64,000 nucleotides of DNA, from the NCBI GenBank assembly GCA_020846365.1, contig JADLEA010000197.1, positions 9,584 to 73,583 on the forward strand, read 5' to 3'. The translations under genes were made by a program, and so were the position numbers. Below the pieces are notes generated by a model that did not search any database, had not been told where the DNA came from, and worked only from the letters and a program-made list of their open reading frames with translations. Positions 58,617-64,000 of the stretch are shown piece after piece (the first letter of the stretch is position 1; every line of letters starts with the position of its first letter). The DNA comes from Bacteroidota bacterium (lineage in GTDB: Bacteria; Bacteroidota; Ignavibacteria; UBA10030; UBA6906).

Positions 58617-60068
58617 ATGACCGGCAAAGAACGTCTGATGGTGACATTCCGGGGGGGCAAGGCGGATCATGTCCCGGCATGTCCGGATATCTCCGTTATG
58701 GTTCCTGCGAAGCTCACCGGAAGACCGTTCCATGAATTGTTCCTCGATGGCCGCGAGCATTCCGGCTGGACCTCTGCGACGTATGCGGAAGCTTACGTGA
58801 AGGCAGTGGAGTACTTCGGGATCGATGGCTGGTACATCTATGGAGGCCTCAAAGAACTCCGGCCTGAGGGCTCGCCGCAGTGGAAAGACCTGGTCACCGA
58901 ACGGGGAGACGCGAAGTTGGTGACACGATCCTGCGAGACGCCTCTCGGCCCTCTCGCGGAGTCCGAAATCTATTTTGCCGATGAACCTCCCTGGCGGGAA
59001 TCCAAGCCGGTGAAAGATCTGCGCGTCGACTTCCCCAGATTGACACAGCTGATGGGATTGGGGCCCTGGGAATGGTCGAAGTCATACACCGATCGTCATC
59101 TGATAGGTGACCGCGGCGTCTATGTGGGGATGGTACCCGTGTTTCAGGATTGGTGGTTCAACTACAGGAACGGGGGATTCGATCAGGTCCTTCAGGACTT
59201 TGTCGACGAGCCGGAGTACATGGACGAAGTCCACGAGTTCTGGATGGAGTGGGCTCTGACGTATACAAAGGCCATGATCGCTGCGCGGCCGGACGAGATC
59301 ATGCTGGGAGGTTCGAGCGCCAGCTTGAGTATCAGCTCGCCCGGACTCTTCCGCAAGTATGAGCTGCCCTTTCTCCAGCGAGCGTCCCGTCTCTGCAAAG
59401 AAGCAGGCATCATCTCGCACTTGCATATCTGCGGAAAGTCATGGAGGCTGGTGGAGATCGTCGCCGAACAGACGGATGTGGATGTCATGGAACCGATGGA
59501 AGAGCCACCCGGAGGGGACGTGGACCTGGCGGAAGCCAAACGGCGGGTGGGAAACAAGCTCTGTATCAAAGGAAACATCAACACGTTTGATTTCATGTTG
59601 AACGCAACTCCGGACCAGGTAAAGGAGAAGTGCAAGAGGGCCATTGATGCGGCAGGGGCAGACGGCGGCTTCGTGCTGTCCACGGGCGACCAGTGCGGAA
59701 GGGATACTCCCCACGCAAACCTCTTTGCGATGGTCGAAGTAGCACACACATACGGGAACTACGGATGCGCATTGTGTCCGTTGGTGCCACGCTCCTTGTT
59801 TCAACGCTCATGGCGGCTGCACAGTCCGTCACGCTTCTCCACGATGATGCGGTGGTCTGGTCCCGCGCCCAGACCATTCGCGGTGTTGCCTCGTTCGTGC
59901 CCACGCAGGATGGCATACTGTATGTCAACGGCACCGGCATACCACTCCAATTTGCCAGTGCGGTGGACACATTCAGCATCTCCGTTACACTCTCGGACGG
60001 CGTCAACACGGTGTGGGCAGTTCTGGACAGCGCGGGAACCACGGTATCGTCGGATACCCTCTTTCTGA
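58617..60068 (+). CDS. Uroporphyrinogen decarboxylase/MtaA-CmuA methyltransferase family protein (homologous part ends near 59765; 100-aa read-through tail)
   Basis: MTGKERL...DHVP, ISSPGLFRKYELP, HLHICG, LCIKGNIN, GFVLSTGD...TPHANL. Confidence 0.82.
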   Translation: MTGKERLMVTFRGGKADHVPACPDISVMVPAKLTGRPFHELFLDGREHSGWTSATYAEAYVKAVEYFGIDGWYIYGGLKELRPEGSPQWKDLVTERGDAKLVTRSCETPLGPLAESEIYFADEPPWRESKPVKDLRVDFPRLTQLMGLGPWEWSKSYTDRHLIGDRGVYVGMVPVFQDWWFNYRNGGFDQVLQDFVDEPEYMDEVHEFWMEWALTYTKAMIAARPDEIMLGGSSASLSISSPGLFRKYELPFLQRASRLCKEAGIISHLHICGKSWRLVEIVAEQTDVDVMEPMEEPPGGDVDLAEAKRRVGNKLCIKGNINTFDFMLNATPDQVKEKCKRAIDAAGADGGFVLSTGDQCGRDTPHANLFAMVEVAHTYGNYGCALCPLVPRSLFQRSWRLHSPSRFSTMMRWSGPAPRPFAVLPRSCPRRMAYCMSTAPAYHSNLPVRWTHSASPLHSRTASTRCGQFWTAREPRYRRIPSF

Positions 60069-62152
60069 CGATGGGGTATCGCATCCGCCCGGACATCGAA
60101 GCGGTCGCCGCGGTCAACGGGCGCAATGTGCTGCTGACTGCCTCCGTGCTCGAAAACCCCGACAGCGTCCAGATGTCCATGCACTGGACGCAGCACCCGG
60201 GCAATCCCATGCCCCTTGCGCTGTCCGGTCAGGATGCCTCGGAATGCACGGCGGTCTTTCCCCCTGAAGCTCCTTCGGGCGACTACAGCTTTTCCGTAAC
60301 GACGGCGTGTTCAGATGGCGACACTGTTTTGGCGGGGGCCCTCGTGAGGGTGGATGGGGATTCCGTTCGCGCGTTCGTTCCACAGACGGATCATGCCCGC
60401 TGGATTGACAGTGCCATTGTGTACGGCGTCACGCCGTACATTTTCGTGGAGGACGGGAGATTCCCGCACATCACGGCAAAGATCCCCGAGCTTGCACAAC
60501 TCGGCATCACGGCGCTCTGGCTCCAGCCTGTGTACATGACTCATGGGGGAGGGCAGGGGTACGATGTCACTGACTATTTCCGGATCCGCCCTGACCTCGG
60601 CACGGAGGCGGAGCTTCGGGAGCTTGTTCAGACCGCCCATGCACACGGCCTGCGCGTCCTGTTGGACTTCATACCCAATCACAGCTCCATCTACCATCCC
60701 TATGCGGTTCATGCTGCGGAATACGGCACGGCGTCACACTACTATCATTTCTATCAACGCACGCCTGACAGCGCGCCGTACTCACAGCACTATCATACCT
60801 ATCAGGGATTCATCAACTACTTCTGGAACGAACTTCCCAATTTCAACTATGACCACCCGGAACTCCAACGAATGGTGCTGGAGGCCGGAAAGCACTGGAT
60901 TGAGAAACTCGATATCGACGGATACCGCATAGACGCTGCCTGGGGAGTCAACGCGCGCAAACCGGAATTCATGAAGTCGTGGCGGCTGGCATTGAAACGG
61001 GTCAAGCCATCGGTGTTTCTGCTCGGGGAGGACAAGGCCTCATGGGCTTCCGTCTTTGACGAACGCGTTGACGCCGCGTATGACTGGGCTCCGGATATCA
61101 GCTGGGTTTCGGAGTGGGTCTGGCAGACCGATTACAGCACATCCAGTAACCCCACGATCTTCAATTCCGTATCTCAGGGCTCCCGTGTTGGCGCATTGCG
61201 GTCGGCGATGACAAACCGCGGCACGGGATACGCCCCGACGGCGAAGATTCTCCGGTTCATGGAGAACAACGACACGTTCAGGTTCCTCGCGACGCACGAT
61301 CTGGCCCGCACGAAAATGGTTGCGGCGATGATGTTTTCGATTGCCGGAGTTCCGCTGCTCTTCAACGGACAGGAAACAGGAGTCTCGGCACACCCATACG
61401 ACGCGTTTCAAATCTTTGTGCCGCATCGGACGATTGCCTCCCTCGACCAATTCGGACTTTTCCCGTACTACCGGCTTCTCTGCACCATGCGCAAGCGCCT
61501 CCCTGCGCTGTGGGGCCGGAACTTTGAAGAAGTTCCGGTCGGATCGGGACCCAATGTCTATGCATACCGGCGGTGGGAAGGGAGAGAAAATATTCTGGGA
61601 GTGGTGAACCTCGGGTCTTCCCCGGCCTCCATCAAGACGCTCCTGCCGGTCTCCCGTATGGACCTGGATTCGCTGAAGGCGTATTTCCTCACCGATCAGA
61701 TCACGAACGAGGTGGTGCAGACGACAGCGGGGCAAATGGATTCGCTCGCGCTCCAGATTCCGGGTTACACCACCAGGGTGTACGTGATCGATACCACGAC
61801 GGTTACCGGGATCTTCGAAACGCCCGCAATGGCAGAAATCCCCGGAAAATTTGCGCTGGAACAGAACTTCCCCAATCCATTCAATCCCGTCACCGGCATC
61901 ACGTATCAGGTGCCGGGCTATGCGGGCAGGGCCGAAGGGGGAAGCGCTGTGCGGCTTGTCGTGTACGATCTGCTCGGGAGGGAGATTGCCGTGCTGGTCG
62001 ACGAGTATAAACCGCCCGGGGTTTACATTGCACAGTTCGATGGGCGGGGCCTGGCGAGCGGCGTCTACTTCTACCGGCTCTCCGCCGGCAACGAAACGGC
62101 TCCATCGACCCGGAATCTGATACAGATACGCAAGATGGTCCTGCTCAAGTGA
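59765..62152 (+). CDS. GH13 alpha-amylase-family protein with T9SS C-terminal domain
   Basis: Signal peptide; GYDVTDY, DFIPNHSS, DGYRIDAAW, LLGEDK, FMENNDT; LEQNFPNPFNP...SGVYFYRL...RKMVLLK. Confidence 0.9.
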   Translation: MRIVSVGATLLVSTLMAAAQSVTLLHDDAVVWSRAQTIRGVASFVPTQDGILYVNGTGIPLQFASAVDTFSISVTLSDGVNTVWAVLDSAGTTVSSDTLFLTMGYRIRPDIEAVAAVNGRNVLLTASVLENPDSVQMSMHWTQHPGNPMPLALSGQDASECTAVFPPEAPSGDYSFSVTTACSDGDTVLAGALVRVDGDSVRAFVPQTDHARWIDSAIVYGVTPYIFVEDGRFPHITAKIPELAQLGITALWLQPVYMTHGGGQGYDVTDYFRIRPDLGTEAELRELVQTAHAHGLRVLLDFIPNHSSIYHPYAVHAAEYGTASHYYHFYQRTPDSAPYSQHYHTYQGFINYFWNELPNFNYDHPELQRMVLEAGKHWIEKLDIDGYRIDAAWGVNARKPEFMKSWRLALKRVKPSVFLLGEDKASWASVFDERVDAAYDWAPDISWVSEWVWQTDYSTSSNPTIFNSVSQGSRVGALRSAMTNRGTGYAPTAKILRFMENNDTFRFLATHDLARTKMVAAMMFSIAGVPLLFNGQETGVSAHPYDAFQIFVPHRTIASLDQFGLFPYYRLLCTMRKRLPALWGRNFEEVPVGSGPNVYAYRRWEGRENILGVVNLGSSPASIKTLLPVSRMDLDSLKAYFLTDQITNEVVQTTAGQMDSLALQIPGYTTRVYVIDTTTVTGIFETPAMAEIPGKFALEQNFPNPFNPVTGITYQVPGYAGRAEGGSAVRLVVYDLLGREIAVLVDEYKPPGVYIAQFDGRGLASGVYFYRLSAGNETAPSTRNLIQIRKMVLLK

Positions 62153-63165
62153 AAACGCTCGTTCTTGGCGGAACCGGATTTCTCAGCGGCGCGCTTGTGC
62201 GTCATTTGCTGAGGGAAGGGCATGCCGTCACTATCGTCACGCGGGGAACGATTCCTCCCGACCCCGCCTGCGAGTCGATAGCCGCTGATCGCAGTGATGC
62301 CACGGTCCTGGCAGCCGCGGTGGCGGGGAGAAGGTTCGATGCCGTCTACGACATGATCGCCTACGAGCCCGAGGCCAGCAAAGCTGCGGCCAGAATCTTC
62401 AGAGGTTCAATAGGGAGGTTTATTCACTGCAGCACAATCTCCGTCTATATGGTCTCCCGGGACGTGCAGTGTCCCATCACGGAAGACCAGGCACATGCAC
62501 CGCTCATGGAGCACTGGCCACGGAATCCGTTCGGGATGGACTATGGCATCAAGAAGCGGCAGTGCGAAGAAACACTCTGGAACCATCATGACTCGCGGCT
62601 CTTTCCGGTTAGCATCCTGAGACCGACGTTTATTAGCGGTCCGGCCGATCCCGCAAAACGGGACTGGTTCTGGATCAAGCGGCTGTTGGACGGGCGCCCG
62701 CTTCTTATTCCGGGTTCAGGGGACTATGCATTCCAGCAGGCGTACGTCGATGATGTTGCGCGCATGTTTGTCCGGTTGCTCACCTGTCCGGAAAGCATCG
62801 GGAAGGCCTACAACGTCGCGGCGGAGGAAGTGTTTTCGTTCAGGGAGTATCTGGATATGCTTTCCGCGCTCCTGGGAAGGAAGCCGGCGTGTGCCCATCT
62901 CCGCCAGGAGGAGTTTGACCGTCTCCCGATAAGTTCGTCCCACGAAGGGGACGTCTTTCCCTTCAACGTGCGGCGGACTGCGGTGTTCAGTCTGGACCAG
63001 ATCAAGCAGGATCTTGGCTATCGTTCAACTCCTTGGAAGGTCTGGATGCAAGAGACCATTCGCTGGTGGTCCGCCCCGGGTCGGGGTGACGGCTACGGCT
63101 GGTCGAATCGTGAGGAAGAGGTCCGGATCGCGACCCAACTACTTGACACAAAGGTGACCGGATGA
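62149..63165 (+). CDS. NAD-dependent epimerase/dehydratase (extended SDR)
   Basis: VLGGTGFLSG, STISVY, YGIKK (YxxxK), LRPTFISGP; GTG start overlapping the upstream stop. Confidence 0.88.
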   Translation: MKTLVLGGTGFLSGALVRHLLREGHAVTIVTRGTIPPDPACESIAADRSDATVLAAAVAGRRFDAVYDMIAYEPEASKAAARIFRGSIGRFIHCSTISVYMVSRDVQCPITEDQAHAPLMEHWPRNPFGMDYGIKKRQCEETLWNHHDSRLFPVSILRPTFISGPADPAKRDWFWIKRLLDGRPLLIPGSGDYAFQQAYVDDVARMFVRLLTCPESIGKAYNVAAEEVFSFREYLDMLSALLGRKPACAHLRQEEFDRLPISSSHEGDVFPFNVRRTAVFSLDQIKQDLGYRSTPWKVWMQETIRWWSAPGRGDGYGWSNREEEVRIATQLLDTKVTG

Positions 63166-64000
63166 AAAGACGCTTTCTCGGCAACAGCGGCCTTGAGGTA
63201 TCCTCTCTGTGCTTCGGGGCAATGATGTTTGTCGGCGATTCGGGGTGGCGGCATCTCAGTGCGCTCGGTCCCGCCGACGCGAAAGGCATGGTGAACATCG
63301 CGCTGGACAGCGGGGTGAATTTCTTCGACACCGCCGACATCTATTCCGGCGGAGCATCCGAATCGCTCCTCGGGGATGCGCTCGGTTCCCGGCGGAAGGA
63401 AGCGATCATCGCGACCAAGGTCGGGTTCCGCACGGGCGAGGGGACACATGACGTCGGTCTCTCCCGCCAGCATGTACTCGAAGCGTGCCATGCGAGCCTG
63501 AGACGTCTTCATACGGACTACATCGATCTCTACCTGCTGCACACGTACGACCCGATGGTTCCGCTTGAGGAAACACTTCGCGCCCTTGAGGATCTGGTCC
63601 ATGAGGGCAAGATCCGCTATCTCGGATGCTCGAACTTCATGGCGTGGTATCTCATGAAGGCGTTGGCGGTTGCAGATTCTCGCGGATGGAGCCGCTTCGT
63701 GGCTCTTCAATCGCTGTACGCGCTGACCAACCGCGATATCGAAACTGAAATCATCCCGGCCTGCATTGATCAGGGAGTGGGCATCATGGTCTGGGGTCCG
63801 CTTGCCGGCGGCTTCCTTACCGGCAAGTACCGGAAGAACCAACCGTGGCCGGGTGGCACCCGGATTGCTTCGCCATCGGATCATCTTCCGTTTGACGAAG
63901 ACCGTGCCTATCGCACGCTGGAGGTGCTGGATGGCATCGCGTGTGAACACCGGGCAACCATCGCACAGATCGCCCTGCGCTGGGTTCTCGACCAGCGCGG
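63162..64000 (+). CDS. Aldo/keto reductase, 3'-truncated (absent from the ORF track)
   Basis: Manual translation from ATG 63162: MKRRFLGNSGLEVSSLCFGAMMF...GVNFFDTADIYSGGASE...IATKVG...SLRRLHTDYIDLYLLH...GKIRYLGCSN. Confidence 0.92.
   Translation, partial: MKRRFLGNSGLEVSSLCFGAMMFVGDSGWRHLSALGPADAKGMVNIALDSGVNFFDTADIYSGGASESLLGDALGSRRKEAIIATKVGFRTGEGTHDVGLSRQHVLEACHASLRRLHTDYIDLYLLHTYDPMVPLEETLRALEDLVHEGKIRYLGCSNFMAWYLMKALAVADSRGWSRFVALQSLYALTNRDIETEIIPACIDQGVGIMVWGPLAGGFLTGKYRKNQPWPGGTRIASPSDHLPFDEDRAYRTLEVLDGIACEHRATIAQIALRWVLDQR

Noticed and set aside
63093..63950. 285-aa minus-strand ORF at the window end
   Set aside because: Antisense to the aldo/keto reductase that starts at 63162.

Overview
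GC-rich bacterial window, almost entirely + strand and densely coding. The organism is most likely a non-Bacteroidia FCB-group lineage (Ignavibacteriota/KSB1/Rhodothermota-like; inference). This rests on three proteins with NYPNPFNP-type T9SS C-terminal domains, a PorV-like gene, Shine-Dalgarno sites and a perfect TTGACA-17-TATAAT promoter. The left part (1-21 kb) holds a secreted S8 protease, an AmmeMemoRadiSam operon, an RND efflux triad, an HMA-AraC/CopA copper module, a GH92 and a NagX/HGSNAT-like gene. The AmmeMemoRadiSam operon is unusual: Memo-AMMECR1 fusion, a degenerate spermidine-synthase-like membrane protein, and a radical SAM enzyme with a Tat-like leader. From 21 kb to the end runs a single >43 kb co-oriented carbohydrate locus headed by a LacI gene with two matching operators. 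It has a SusD-less TonB receptor/T9SS-cargo/PorV triad, an ATPase-less sugar ABC transporter, RbsK/RbsD, about nine divergent glycoside-hydrolase-like proteins (including a tandem GH10-like triplet), a Gfo/Idh/MocA + TIM-barrel pair, a PIG-L deacetylase and a UroD/MtaA-like protein that appears to have lost its stop codon. No rRNA, tRNA, CRISPR array or mobile element was recognised. All family calls come from motif recognition by eye, not database searches.
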